Positions 1 to 12,573 of a DNA stretch of 64,000 nucleotides are shown one piece after another. Position numbers and translations under genes: made by a program. Source of the DNA: Octopus sinensis (taxonomy: Eukaryota); assembly GCF_006345805.1 (NCBI RefSeq), contig NC_042998.1:44888001-44952000 (forward strand), written 5' to 3'. A model generated the notes under the pieces. It was not told the DNA's origin, did not search any database, and saw nothing but the letters and a program-made list of their open reading frames with translations. Numbering within the stretch: the first letter of the stretch is position 1; each line of letters starts with the position of its first letter.

Positions 1-543
1 AGCGTTTAGTCTAGATTTTCGACCTTTTTTTCTCCATCCAAGGGATTTTGAATCCAATATATTGCCTACTATTTTTATAAGTGCATCCTAAAAGTGTGGG
101 TGGATATATGTGTGCGTGCGTACGTCTCTATGTTTGTCTCACTGTCTTCTCTTATACATTTGAAGTCCATCTTTTCTCAGAACGTGTTGCTTGGAATAAG
201 GATTAGTAAAACCTTCAACTTTTAACAAATCATTAGCGTAGCCATTGGCAGAGTCATGTGGCGGTACGACCGAAGTGATGCTTCTGCGGAGGCGATACTT
301 TTGGGTCTGCTGTATAAACCTGTACAGGCTTTGGGCCCGAGGAGGAGCAGCAAACCCAAGGGCTGTTTCGGGTGACATACACACTCTAGCTACACCACCA
401 TAACGAATACAATAAAACTCTATATCTCGTATTTATTTTACCTTTTTTCTTGCCTTATTTTCTGTGACCATATCAAAGATATATGTATGTGGGTGGATGG
501 CTGGGTGTTGTGCATATGTGTGTGAATGGATGAATTTATGAAA

Positions 544-713
544 CAGTTCTATATTTAAGAGATGAGGAATTATGTACATTATTTACATTATTTACATTTG
601 ACGGATAGTTGTCCTCATCTTGTTTGTTGTTAACACAACGTTTCGGCTGATATATCATCCAGCCTTCATCAGGTGTCTTGGGGAGATTTTGAACCTGGGT
701 TCTCATTCCTAAG
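544..713 (-). mobile_element. 5'-truncated copy of the tRNA-head/hammerhead Penelope-associated element (family C)
   Basis: The reverse complement (cttaggaatgagaacccaggtt...gacacctgatgaaggctgg...cagccgaaacgttgtgtt...cataattcctcatctcttaaatatagaactg) matches the 3' halves of the copies at 40436-40704 and 45043-45330. Confidence 0.85.
632..677 (-). ncRNA. Minimal type I hammerhead ribozyme motif
   Basis: Minus strand reads GACAC-CTGATGA-A-GGCTG(gatgatatat)CAGCC-GAAA-CGT-T-GTGTT. Stem I is GACAC/GUGUU, the core is CUGAUGA...GAAA, stem II has 5 bp, and stem III is the palindrome ACGU. Confidence 0.7.
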
Positions 714-716
714 CTA

Positions 717-965
717 TAATGAATATACGAATGAATATATGAATGAGTGAATTAATAATGCATGAATGACGGAATTTATGAATAAGCGACCGAATGAATA
801 TGTGATTAAACTGATATCTGAATGAGTCAATGAATACATGAATGAACATGCGAATGAATGAACATACGAATGAATGAATATACGAATGAGTGAACATATG
901 AATAAATGAATGACTATATAAATGACTGAATGAATACTATATGAATTAATGAATGAATATATTTA
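717..965 (+). repeat. Degenerate (TGAA)n-based repeat
   Basis: Repeated gaatgaatat/gaatgaac units. Confidence 0.85.
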
Positions 966-1515
966 TTAATTCATCAATCGAGAAACTCAAACACGACCCA
1001 TTCTTTTTGTCTTCGTGCTCTCATCAGGATGAATAGGGTCCTTAATGGACCACTCGATCCGATTCACTGTCGGGGGTTACTTCTCTTAGCCTTCCCCGCT
1101 ACGCAGGCGCTCATGGGCAAACAGACCTTATGCTAGAAGTTGTCCTTCTATTTTGGCTGTTGCTCACAGACAAACTGATCGGTTAAACCACCACTGTAAC
1201 TATGAACACAGAAGTGTCTTCTCTCAGATAAAAGCTTTAGTAAAAGCTAAGGGGTGCTTCATTCCTAAGTTTTCCTTTACAGCATGCTAAGCCAGAATTA
1301 AAAAGTTCCCGTACTATCTAGTACAGTCGCGGAGCCTTAAATTCCTGGTTTTTTTAAGAGACACTGTTCTTGACAGACATTGTCCTTTAGTCCTACTAGA
1401 CTTCTAGAAACATTTCTACCAAGAAATTTTGACGAGGGAACCGATTTAGCAGCCGAGGACTCGACCATGAAAAAGATTATTTTAGACAACATATTGCCAT
1501 TAGCAGAAGCAGTCA

Positions 1516-1521
<6 letters not shown>

Positions 1522-1590
<69 letters not shown>

Positions 1591-1840
1591 TTAAAATTAA
1601 GGATAAAATCTTTATAAGAAATTATCAGTAGTTAGCGGGAAAAACCTCGTAAGAGAAAAAATCTGAAAATTTTTCCACTTAGAAAATATTTATTTATATT
1701 ATATAGAGGGTACTATTATTCATAGGTACCGCACGCTAGGAGGAACTCTTGCAGTCAAAACTACTAAAATAAACAAATTGTACCGAATGCAAAACTTCAA
1801 AGCAAGTCATTTAAAAGCAGAATTTAGTTACATATCACCT

Positions 1841-1910
<70 letters not shown>
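1522..1910. repeat. Two (TA)n microsatellites (about 1522-1590 and 1845-1910) flanking a 250-bp non-repeat stretch
   Basis: Visible directly in the sequence. Confidence 0.9.
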
Positions 1911-1913
<3 letters not shown>

Positions 1914-2020
1914 GATAAACAGGCAAAGTCGACCTCGGCGGAATTTGAGCTCAGAACGTAAAGACGAACGAAATGCCCCTAAGCAATTTTTTCGGCGTGC
2001 TACCGATACTACCATCCCGC
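1911..2020 (-). mobile_element. tRNA-derived SINE family A, partial
   Basis: ggcaaagtcgacctcggcggaatttgagctcagaacgta is the reverse complement of the family A B-box/body. Confidence 0.8.
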
Positions 2021-2141
2021 AGTCGTAAAGGCTATAAATAATAGCGTGTAAATATGTATGTAAATTTTGTAGATCCCCCCCAAAAAAAAATCTCGCTACT
2101 CATCTATCTATATATCTGCATTTCTATAAATTTATATATCA

Positions 2142-2158
2142 TATACATACATACATAC

Positions 2159-2257
<99 letters not shown>

Positions 2258-2365
2258 CAGACAGATAGATACATATATGTAAATATTTACACCGACACAC
2301 ATACATACATACATACATGCATACACACACACATACATACATTCATACATACATACATACATACA

Positions 2366-2397
<32 letters not shown>

Positions 2398-2425
2398 CAC
2401 ATATATACATACATGCATACATAAA
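2142..2425. repeat. Compound (GATA)n/(CATA)n microsatellite
   Basis: Visible directly in the sequence. Confidence 0.95.
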
Positions 2426-3182
2426 TGACGAGAGAGATTGTGAGTGTTTAGTTGGATTGCAGGTGCGCGCAATTGCTTCCAAACTCGTTGGAAAACGAGT
2501 TAACATTTTCAAAGACTTTGTTTTGTAAACATATTAATTGAAAAATAATTGCATATAAATAAAATAATAGCAGAATGATAGAAATAACTGTTTTGTAACA
2601 GACATTCAAAGGTTTTATTTGTTTTGTTTTGATTTTTTTCTTCTCAAATCGGCAGCTATTATAGTTTAACAAAATTCAATTAAATCATTTTTTGTTTTTA
2701 TTAATCAAAATTTTGTTGGTAATTCTTTTGAAATTATTCTATAGAATTAATGATGTAACTTACTATTTGTTTCTTTCTTACATTTATTTTATCATGAAGA
2801 CATTCATTACAAATTCATTAACTGTGTGATATTTCTCATTTAAAGATTTAAAGAACCCATCGACCACTACCACCGACCATCACCCCCAAACGTGAGCTTC
2901 TAACATTTTTGAAGTTTAAGGTTATTTTGGGGAATACAATCAAGTCTAGCTAAACGAGAAGGGTTGTAAGATCTAAGTCGGTTTACTTCATTCAACAAGG
3001 AAATATACGATTTAATGAAATATACTTTAATAAAGAAGATTTGAGCCGATAATCTGTATATTTATTTTTAATAATTCCGGCAGATTCGAACGCAGATATG
3101 CTAATCGCTGTTGTCTACATCACAGATCAGCTTCCTTTTGCAACAGTGTATTCATAACAAACTTGGTTCATTAGTGCAAGGA

Positions 3183-3231
3183 GATTCGGGACATCGGTGT
3201 TTCGGCATATCGTGTCTCGTCAGCCAGAATC
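3183..3231 (-). ncRNA. Type I hammerhead ribozyme with GUC cleavage triplet
   Basis: Minus strand reads GATTCTGG-CTGACGA-GACA(cgata)TGCC-GAA-ACA(ccga)TGT-C-CCGAATC. The conserved core is complete. Stem III is 3 bp with a tetraloop, stem I is 7 bp with a 1-nt bulge, and stem II has one A-C mismatch. Confidence 0.7.
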
Positions 3232-4429
3232 AAGCCCGGACCTTTGAGCCTAAACAAGCTAATGGCTTAGTTTATAATTTCAGCAAACAACCTGTTTGCT
3301 GATCAGTGCTTACGTAACGTGCATAAACACTCGTCTTCTTATTTACAAATCTACAAATACACATAAATACACATAGACATTTAGATATTCACACAAATGG
3401 TTATACACATACACATTTACATTCGTATTCTTGTAATGGCTACCAGTTATCATCGACTTCTTATACACTAACTTCTTAATCGTATTTTATTATGCAGAGA
3501 TTTTGTTTGCCTTGTGTTTATATATTTGCTACTTCTGTCAATTTTTTAAAGATTTTAGTTGTAATATTACAGATATTAGCAATTGTAAATCTATACGGAT
3601 AGCGTTTTTATTTTTTTTAAGAATGGAATTGTATTTAAAAGAAAAGAAAGAGAAAAATTTAGAAAAATGAATTCCGCCTAGCTTATATAAAATATGAGAT
3701 AGAGTTGACAAAACAATTTTGTCGTTAGTATTAATGTATTTTTTAAAATATTACATTGGAGCAATTAAAGCACTTAACGAAAAAATCGTTATGTTTGAGG
3801 TGGTGATTGAAGCTTTTTGGGATCTACACAAACGTTTGGACTCGAGTTGAACAATGGACTGCATATATTGTCTGTTTGATTTCTGTATGTGTGTGTGTGT
3901 GTGTGTGGTGTGTGTGTGTGTGTGTGTGTGTGCTACCTGTACTTCAGGTGTGATGTGTTTCAAAAAGTATTTCTTTGACAGCAATGCCTGCAGACTAACG
4001 GCTTAACTCAGGACAAGGTGACGACAAAAGTAGACTTTGAAGACGCTTATGGACGTTTCCTGCATATGTGGCGCAGTTATCCAATGGAGAATATAATTGA
4101 ACAAGCACATTTTTTTCATTCAACTAGAAGAACATAGAACTCCATTACAGAAGTAGATGAGCAAAGCATTAGACGAAGGATATAGGAAGACGAAAATACG
4201 AATGTGTTGATTTGTTTTTATTCTGAACTTAAACTTCAGTCAGATTAAGTGATATTAAGGAGGTAGTGGCCATGTTTTTAAGGTTGTTCAAATGAAGAAT
4301 GCCATATTTATCACTGAAGGAGTAAGGGTGTCCAATGCAAAGGTGACCACCTTCTATGAGGAGCTATATAAGAGTAATATTTTTTTATAGAAATACCAAG
4401 TTCATAAATTTCACATAAAAGTGGTAGCG

Positions 4430-4740
4430 ATCGATATTGGAGAGGGCAAACATTGAGCAAGATTTAGGTGCTTTGACATTCATAGCTGAATGGAACTCTG
4501 TAGGATCGCTCCTAACTTATTTACTCAGCTCTAAATTATTTCTAACGATATGTGTCTCTATGACATCAAAAGAAGAGCTATCCAAAGCTGAAATTTATAA
4601 AGAACTCTTTGCCATTTACTATGTAATACTGAACTTTTTCTGATCTTGTGATATTTTCAATTGAAAGAGTATTAATAAAAAGCATTTATGTCAGTGATAC
4701 GATTTTACAAGTCCCCAGTTTTGAAGGCCAGGAAAGGAAA
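4430..4740 (+). pseudogene. hAT-superfamily transposase C-terminal (dimerisation domain) relic
   Basis: ALTFIAEWNSVGSLLTYLLSSKLFLTICVS, then after a frameshift SYPKLKFIKNSLPFTM, then SDLVIFSIER...LKARK. This matches the hAT motif LFLT(I/L)xVSxASxERSFSKLKLIKNYLRSTM..L.IL.IE....ARK. Confidence 0.7.
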
Positions 4741-5429
4741 ATCCTGAATGAATTAGTCGATATGTTTACAAGTTTAGTAAGTGATGAATAGTTTGTTGTG
4801 AATTCGTTCTTGTGTATTTTTACGATATTATTCATTCATGAGTATATTTCCATATGCATTTGTCTACAGGTTCCAAATTGTTCGAGTCGTTATTGATCAT
4901 GCAAACCTCCTCCGTTAATGTATCTCATGTAACAATAAAGTTTAATGCTAAATTTATATCCATTCAACCGAAACATTTTCACATGTCCAAATTGTTTTCA
5001 CATTTATCACGCAAAGTGTATCACCGAAAAGGAAAGCAAAAAAACTCCTTCCTTCGCTCAAAGTATTGCAGAATGTCCGAACAAAAAGAAAAGTACAGTA
5101 TAGAATCTGATGCCGTTTGTCTTGTTTTTTCGGGATTTTTCTTTTGGTTTTTTTTTTTTTTTTTTTGTAATATTTCATTTCGATTCATTATTATTTATTT
5201 CATATAATTTGTTTTAATGGCATAAATTTATATCTATTCGATAAAAGATCGATCATATGTAGATTATTTTTAATGTCTTGTGGATTTATGAATTAAGATA
5301 TATGCGTGTGTGTGTGTATCTTAGTTCACATATATATACATAAATATATAGACATGCTTGTGTGTGTGTGTGTGTGTGTGTGTGGATGCATATGTGCATG
5401 TAATGCCAGTGTAGCATAGTAAATAAAGC

Positions 5430-5700
5430 CAGCGGTCATTCGTAAGTGACTATGGCTAGATAGCTTGCACCATACCTTCGCTAATTGTTTTAGGTGCCTG
5501 TGTAGTTGCGAGCAGATGTACACACCCTTTCCCCCATCTCCACCCACTCATAACTCAGTGGAGCATTCAGGATGTGGGAGAAAGAAAGAATGTGAGAGAG
5601 AGAGAGAGAGAGAGAGAGCTACACCACCAGCACCCGGTTTCTACCCATTACAGCTGAATAGTCTGGAGTAACGTAATGTCTCCTTCGTTCAACCGGGCAC
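5430..5700 (+). mobile_element. Old dispersed repeat, family G, copy 1
   Basis: Shares cttcgctaattgttttaggtgcctgtgtagttgcgagca with 15070-15125 (-) and 42720-42770 (+). Shares ccagcacccggtt...agctg...tag.ctgga.taacgt with 42845-42890. Confidence 0.55.
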
Positions 5701-5906
5701 TTTACTTCACGCTTGCTTCAGTTCACTCACCTGAAAATGAGTATCAGAAACAGCTGACAATTAACCCTGAGACGGACTGGCTTCTCGTTCTGCAGGGTGA
5801 GAGGGTCTTAAACCCTCAGTCGCCTTATAGCGTCGGAAAATCCAAATAAACTGGTTCTTATGTACCCGCAGACTCGAAACAGACTTTGATTATAGAAAAG
5901 GGAAAC

Positions 5907-6324
5907 CAAGGCGGCGAGCTGGCAGAAGCGTTAGCACGCCGGGCGAAATGCGTAGCCGTATTTCGTCTGTCGTTACATTCTAAGTTCAAATTCCGCCGAG
6001 GTCGACTTTGCCTTTCATCCTTTCGGGGTCGATAAACTAAGTACCAGTTACGCACTGGAGTCGATGCAATCGACTTAATCCGTTTCTCTGTCTTTGTTTG
6101 TTCCCTCTGTGTTTAGCCCCTTGTGGGTAGTAAAGAAATAGGTATTTCGTCTGTCATTATGTTCTGAGTTCAAATTCCGCCGAGGTCGACTTTGCCTTTC
6201 ATCCTTTCGGGGTCGATAAACTAAGTACCAGTTACGCACTGGGGTCGATATAATCGACTTAATCCGTTTGTCTGTCCTTGTTTGTCCCCTCTGTGTTTAG
6301 CCCCTTGTGGGTAGTAAGGAAATA
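5907..6324 (+). mobile_element. SINE family A dimer (full copy plus repeated 3' unit), single insertion
   Basis: A-box-like ggcgagctggcagaa and B-box gttcaaattcc. The second unit restarts at ggtatttcgtctg (about 6141). A 16-bp TSD tatagaaaagggaaac lies at 5891-5906 and 6325-6340. Confidence 0.9.
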
Positions 6325-6699
6325 TATAGAAAAGGGAAACACAATGCACAATGTCATATGCAAATGAGATACAGAACGCTATGTAAAAGCAAGCAACGAA
6401 GTTTGAACGAAATACTTTGTTGTGGATCACTGACCACACATCTTAACTTCATGGCTACCACAACTCAAGAAACATTTAGCATACAGATATTGAAAATGAA
6501 TTTAAACAAACAAACAATATAAAAACAGGAAGAAATTCTTTCTTAACATTTTACATGATTGGAAGAAAGAATTTTAAAGTTATTGACCTAAAAAATCCAC
6601 TTAGGAATTAAAATTTAGTTCCTGTTGTCTTATTATCATTATTACTTCCTTAGTGGTGAATAAAAAAACATCATTCTTCTTCTTCTCTTCTTCTTCTTC

Positions 6700-6751
<52 letters not shown>

Positions 6752-7344
6752 TTTTCGTCTGGAAAAAATATTTCAACAAGTTGGATAGAAGCAAACAAAC
6801 GCGGTTATTTGGTCTAAAGATATAGTCGAGGAGAAATATATAAGAAAATAACAAAACACTAATATAAATATGTAATGTCTGCCCACTCCTTATTTATTGG
6901 TGCCTCTCAACTGATAATAAATTCAATATGAAACCTGAAGTAAATGTTGATAACAGCAACAACAGTTTCAATCGAGAGAGAGAGAGAGAGAGCAAGTGAA
7001 GGAGAGCAACAAAGAGAGAGAGAAAAAATACAACGAAACAGAGAGAGAAAGAAAAAGAAGAGAATTGTAAAAGAAAGGAAAAGTGACATAAATAGGAAAA
7101 AAGAACAGGCAAACATAAAATAAGCTAAGATTAAAAAAGAAATCTGTTTTTTTTTTTTTTCTAAAAAACAGAAAAAAGAAGACATTACAGATAGCTTCAG
7201 ATTATGGTGCCGCTCGGAACTAAGATTAAACAAATAGTTTGATGAGTGTAAGGTCAAAAGGTCATTCACTTCAGTCTTAGTCGTGATTAGGACATACACT
7301 TAACGTTTCTAACAACAACATGCAAACACCATGAAGTATGTATG

Positions 7345-7350
7345 TGCATA

Positions 7351-7383
<33 letters not shown>

Positions 7384-7675
7384 TATGCATGTGTATGTGT
7401 ATGTGTATGTGCGTGTACATATTTGTAAAAAGGTGAATGCACGCGTTTTTATGGTGCCCCACATTTGCGTCGTATATGCATAGATCTAAAATTGTATATA
7501 TATATATATATATATTTACATTTGTATATGCATATACATTGTATATACGCACATACATACATATTTGTATACATATAAGTATATTTACATATGTATATGC
7601 ATATACATAGTATATACACATATACATACATATTTGTATATATACAAATATACATATACAAGCATATATATACAT

Positions 7676-7748
<73 letters not shown>

Positions 7749-7777
7749 CATGTACAGACATGTACAGACATGTGTAC

Positions 7778-7808
<31 letters not shown>

Positions 7809-7830
7809 TGTGTGTGTGTGTGTGTGCGTA
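7345..7830. repeat. Compound (TG)n/(TA)n/(GATA)n microsatellite region
   Basis: Visible directly in the sequence. Confidence 0.9.
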
Positions 7831-8189
7831 AGACGTGTAAGATGTGTATTGTTGAGCTAATATTCAAATATTTGTAAGAATCTCAGAACCTAATATTTGA
7901 CAAACTACATACATATATGTGCATGTGTGAATGTACATTTGAGAGTACATGTAGTGTTTCTGTTTGTACTGGCTCATATAAAAATAGCTGTGAACAGATA
8001 TTCATATTAAAGTGTTACGAGTTGGCAGAATCGGTGTTCGTGTTCCGCCGAGATCGATTTTGCCTTACATCCTCTCACAGTCAATAAAATGAGTACCAGT
8101 TGTGCGCCGACGCCAATGAAATTGACTTACCCCATCCCCACTCCGCAAATTTCAGACCTTGTGCCTATAGCTGAATAAATCATTATTAT

Positions 8190-8830
8190 TATTATGGATA
8201 GTGAGCTGGTAGAATCGTTAGCACGCCAGACCAAATGCTTAGCGACATTTCGTCTGTCTTTATGTTCTGAGTTCTTATTTCTTTATTGCCCGCAAGGGCC
8301 TAAACATAGAGGGGACAAACAAGAACAGATTAAGTCGATTACATCGACCCCAGTGCGTAACTGGTACTTAATTTATCGACCCCGAAAGGATGAAAGGCAA
8401 AGTCGACCTCGGCGGAATTTGAACTCAGAACGTAACGGCAGACGAAATACCTATTTCTTTACTGCCCACAAGGGGCTAAACACAGAGGGGACAAACAAGG
8501 ACAGACAAACGGATTAAGTCGATTGCATCAACCCCATTGCGTAACTGGTACTTATTTAATCGACCCCGAAAGGATGAAAGGTAATGTTGACCTCGGCGGA
8601 ATTTGAACTCAGAACGTAACGGCAGACGAAATACCGCTAAGCATTTCGCCCGGCGTGCTAACGTTTCTACCAGCTCACCGCCTTTATGTTCTGAGTTTAA
8701 ATTCCACCAATGTCGACTTTGCTTTTCATCCTTTTGGTGGTCGATAAAATAAGTACTAGTCGAGTCCTGGTGTTGATGTAATCAACTTGTCCCTCCCCAC
8801 AATTTCCAGGCCTTATGACTATAATAAAAT
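8190..8830 (+). mobile_element. SINE family A copy interrupted by a nested antisense dimer
   Basis: Head gagctggtagaatcgttagcacg at about 8200. The body resumes after 8697 (aaattccacc...gtcgactttgc). Confidence 0.8.
8274..8681 (-). mobile_element. SINE family A dimer nested in another family A copy
   Basis: 16-bp TSD ctttatgttctgagtt at 8258-8273 and 8682-8697. The internal junction aaagaaata|ggtatttcgtctg is on the minus strand. Confidence 0.9.
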
Positions 8831-8869
8831 GAGTATTTGAAGTAGAATTGTAGAAGGATACACATGCCC

Positions 8870-9074
8870 GTCTGTCGGAGGTGAGCTGCCAGATGCAGAA
8901 GGAAAGAGTGAGAGAAAGTTGTAGCGAAAGAGTCAGCAGAAGTTCGCCATTATTTTCTGCCGGAGCCGCTTAGGTGTTTCGCTCATAAACACACACATCG
9001 CCTGGTTTGAGATTCGAACCCGCGATCCTTCGACCGCGAGTCCGCTGCTCTAACCACTAGGCCATGTGCCTCCA
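8870..9074 (-). mobile_element. tRNA-derived SINE family D
   Basis: Minus strand begins ggaggcacatggcctagtggttagagcagcggactcgcggtcgaaggatcgcgggttcgaatctc, with Pol III A and B boxes. Only one copy is present in the window. Confidence 0.7.
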
Positions 9075-9399
9075 TATTGAACTAGACGGACAGGAGGAAA
9101 CACTGGCGTATCTAGTAGAATTAGTTAGGAACAATATCAAAAATTTAAGTTCGGAAGGTGGTTTAGTAGCTGACAAATCAAAGAATAGGGCTTGAGAAAG
9201 GGCAGTGTTTGGAATAGATTGGGAAATTAATAGGCGTCCGTCAGGTTTATAATGTTTTGTTTGTTTTAAATGTAGTCTACGTTTGTATGTGGAATGTTAT
9301 GCAGTGTGGTGATTTGTGTGTCTCAATTACCCTGAGAACTATGCCAACAGACTGCAAGGTTTCTGGTGGGACCTCTCAATCAGGACAGGTGAAAAGATA

Positions 9400-10430
9400 A
9401 AGATCAGAGTAATATGACCCACTACTCCTCAGAGTTAAAAATAGGTTTGCGTTGCGCCTCATACCTATGTAGAAACAAATAACGCTACAAAAGCATTGCT
9501 GATAATTCAAAACCGACAAGATCTGGGAGACGAAGCAGAAAAGATCGCCCAGATTCGAGAACAGTGCAGAGCAGTAAAGAAAAGTTGTATATAGTATAAT
9601 GTTTCATAGTAAGTAAGCAATACACGGTGAATTAACAAAATCAATGTAGGTGTTAATGAAATATTCAGTGCAAAAAAGAAAAGAGTCTGTGGCCTTTATG
9701 TAGGGCCTCTGAAACAGGGTGGAAGAAACTAGAGACCTGGCTAAATGGACTCTGCTAATGATGATCTAGTGGTGACTGTAGTTATAAAATGGATGCCATA
9801 TTTACACTTTAAGTGTTAACAGCTGTTCAAAACTGAATCATATCTTATTCCAGGAACGGAAACCAAGCCTCTTTAATTCTCTTACATCTTTAAAATATGT
9901 ACGTTGGTGAAAATTATTAGACTAAGATCTAATGAGTAATTGCTGTAACAGTTCCTCTTAAGGCATGGGGACACTAAGTAGCTATCCGGGGGATCTACGG
10001 GTCTAGATCCATGTGTGTGTGGTTTTGTTTGCTGATGCATTGTTTTACCCGAGAAGCTGCAATGCTTTTAAAACGGCCCTGTACTGTAATACTTCAGAAA
10101 TGGAAAGAATGTAGTATTTTCAGCTAGACATGTATAGTAGAAGAATTTTTGGTGTTTTGAACATGATGACTAGGTTATCAAATCCCTGTTGCAGTATGTT
10201 TTCAATTTTCTGTTCATGACGAATGAGCTGTTGTATATTGATAAGACTGGAAGATAAGAAGGTTCGGAAGTTTTGTCAGTATAGGAGTGTATTGTTGAAA
10301 ATGATAACCTAAAGGCTCTTGATGTAAAGGAAAAACTATGGGTAAAGGTGTATAAATCCTTATGTACATATTTTTAGTGTGCCAGTTGAACGATGTTCAC
10401 GGCCAGAAATGCCGGTTAATATTATCTTAT
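9400..10430 (-). pseudogene. Highly decayed Penelope-like retroelement ORF (N-terminus plus RT core)
   Basis: Minus-strand remnants in changing frames: IIISRV..SLVSSTLFQRPYIKATDSF, LLTMKH..LY, LLRLPDLV, YQQ...IGMRRNANLF. These resemble the PLE RT motifs RPIIS..LQPY...SF.KDT, LLTMDV.SLY, LLRL.ELV, YQQ..GVAMG..MGP.YANLF. No intact YxDD was found. Confidence 0.45.
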
Positions 10431-10827
10431 ACATTAAACTCACCCAGAATACAATCATGTCAAAATACAGTCATGTTTTCGTGTAAAACTAAGTTTTCTG
10501 TCTTCTGTTATGAAATGTGGTAGTTATTCTCAGATAACTACAATTTTCACAAATTGTATCACGATTTAGCCATGGGCAGATGGCTGGATAAAGGGAAGAT
10601 AATGAATATAAGGAGCGAAGGGTGAATGACATTCCATCATTTTGTTTTCATTTCCATGGTGATATGTTGCGTTTATAATTAATTCGTTGAACATTCACTG
10701 ATTGAAACTGATTTTCAGTATAATAATACTGTTCAAGCAAGCCCGACTCGACTTGGAGTTAGTAGTGCAACAAAGATGAGATGAGGGCCGTAAATCCCAT
10801 CACTGAAGCTGCAAAGAAGACTGTTAC

Positions 10828-10918
10828 CTTAGGATAAAAAGCACACTGGTGGGTTACTGCTACTGGAATGCAAACCGGAATATAATCAACCCCAGCGGGG
10901 TCAGCTGGATAAGGGAGT
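10828..10918 (-). CDS. Candidate internal exon of an unidentified gene (LPYPADPAGVDYIPVCIPVAVTHQCAFYPK)
   Basis: Pyrimidine-rich acceptor ttgtctgtatttgtttacacatcag| and donor aag|gtaaca. Only one frame is open and GC is above background. No homology recognised. Confidence 0.35.
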
Positions 10919-11404
10919 CTGATGTGTAAACAAATACAGACAAATGTAAACAAATCTTTATATCACTCCGTGGATGAATCCTCAGAGATGAAACTAGTCA
11001 AAACAATTCCAACTTTATATGTTTTAGAAAAAGTTGCTACCTTTTATTTTATTTATTTATTATATTTATTTATTTAGGAGAATTTTTGAGGTGGGAAGGA
11101 CATCACAGAGCGTTAGAAAAATCTGTTTACATTTATTTACATTTCGCAATGAAGCTTATAATTTAAAAATTATATGTACACTTACATTAAATTTCAGATT
11201 ACCCAGCATAAATTGCGGTGTGCATAATTATGTCCAATACAGCTTGCATAATTAATTGACTAATTAAAGATGAATCAGTAGATTACATAGTTCAGTCAGA
11301 ATATAAAACATCAAGCCATATAAGGAGAGACCGACATTGAAAGTGAAGGTGATAGTTTATGACGGAATATAAAACATAAAACACATTAGAGCTATGACTA
11401 TCTT

Positions 11405-11520
11405 TTAATCTTTTATTTGTTTATGTCGTTGGACTGCAGCCGTACCGGAGCGCCGCCTTGAAGGGTTTAGTCGAACTAATCGACTTATCCTTTAGTCTCT
11501 TTAGCTACATTACGAGGTCG
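11405..11520 (-). mobile_element. SINE family B 3' fragment
   Basis: ttttatttgttt..gtc...gactgcagccgtaccggagcgccgccttgaaggg is similar to the family B tail. Confidence 0.6.
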
Positions 11521-11772
11521 TAAACGTTTTGGCCCTGCGTATTTGGAGAACCTGTTTGGCGCCACCTGCATGGCGTCGCTGATTCAACGATGACTTATTT
11601 GACTTTTAATGTTTCAATCGTCCTAATCTCTCTCTCTCTCTCTCTTTCTACCTCTCTCTCTCTCTCTCTCTTTACCTCTCTCTCTCTCTCTTTCACACAC
11701 ACACACATACACACACATTCTCTCTGTTTATGCGTATGAGCATTTATCTATGTGTGTATGTAGTATGGTGTT

Positions 11773-11822
<50 letters not shown>

Positions 11823-11911
11823 ATGGTTGTGAGAATCTAGTTACGTTTGTATATATATGTATAATGTCTCTCGTTCTCTATCACTCCCATTCTCTCCTTC
11901 CCTCTCTCTGT

Positions 11912-11949
<38 letters not shown>

Positions 11950-12078
11950 TTATAGTTGTGAGCATCTAGTTATGTTTGTATGTATACATAATGTCTCTCT
12001 CTTCTTCTCTCCCTTCTTTCTCCTTTCTCTCTCTCTGCATATGTATATTTGATCACGTGCCCACATTTGTGTGCATGC

Positions 12079-12122
<44 letters not shown>

Positions 12123-12537
12123 CCAAAACAAATAGAATGTCCAGTCACCCGTAGCAAACCATCTCATTCCGATAATGAAAGCACTTATCTGAGACGCCGC
12201 TGAGAGAGATCGAACCCAAGACTTCACGATTGGGAAGCAAACGTCTTGCCTACTCAGCCAAGGCTGCCTCGGCTGTATCCTGTAATATACTTCTTATTTG
12301 ATAAACAAAAAGGCAAATGGACTTTTAAATGCAGGGATGGGGAGGTCACTTACAGTTCTTTCAGATTCAATCAAATCCACCATTTCATGGTAAGATCCAC
12401 TTGACATTAACATCTATTTTCTTTCCTTTTTCATATTGCAAGAAGCCGAAGCCGTCACTACTACATCTAGTGCTACTTTAAAAAGGTAAAGCAGAAAGTA
12501 GACACATCATAGATCAGCAAATACTACGATATATATG

Positions 12538-12573
<36 letters not shown>

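Noticed and set aside
139-384. 81-aa minus-strand ORF in GC-richer sequence
   Set aside because: No recognisable motif or convincing splice signals.
990-1040. CTGATGA-GAGCAC-GAAG on the minus strand
   Set aside because: No stem II and GAAG instead of GAAA, so it cannot form a hammerhead.
5907-6324. CRISPR-like repeat-spacer pattern from recurring SINE segments
   Set aside because: The context is eukaryotic, the repeats are dispersed SINEs with TSDs, there are no regular unique spacers and there are no cas genes.
9465-9522. Apparent minus-strand exon with good splice sites (ILSVLNYQQCFCSVICFYI)
   Set aside because: It lies inside the decayed Penelope-like RT relic (YQQ...ANLF region), so it is better explained as TE sequence.
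12340-12490. Strong-looking splice sites on both strands
   Set aside because: All minus-strand frames contain stops, and the plus-strand options are 25-43 nt with no supporting evidence.
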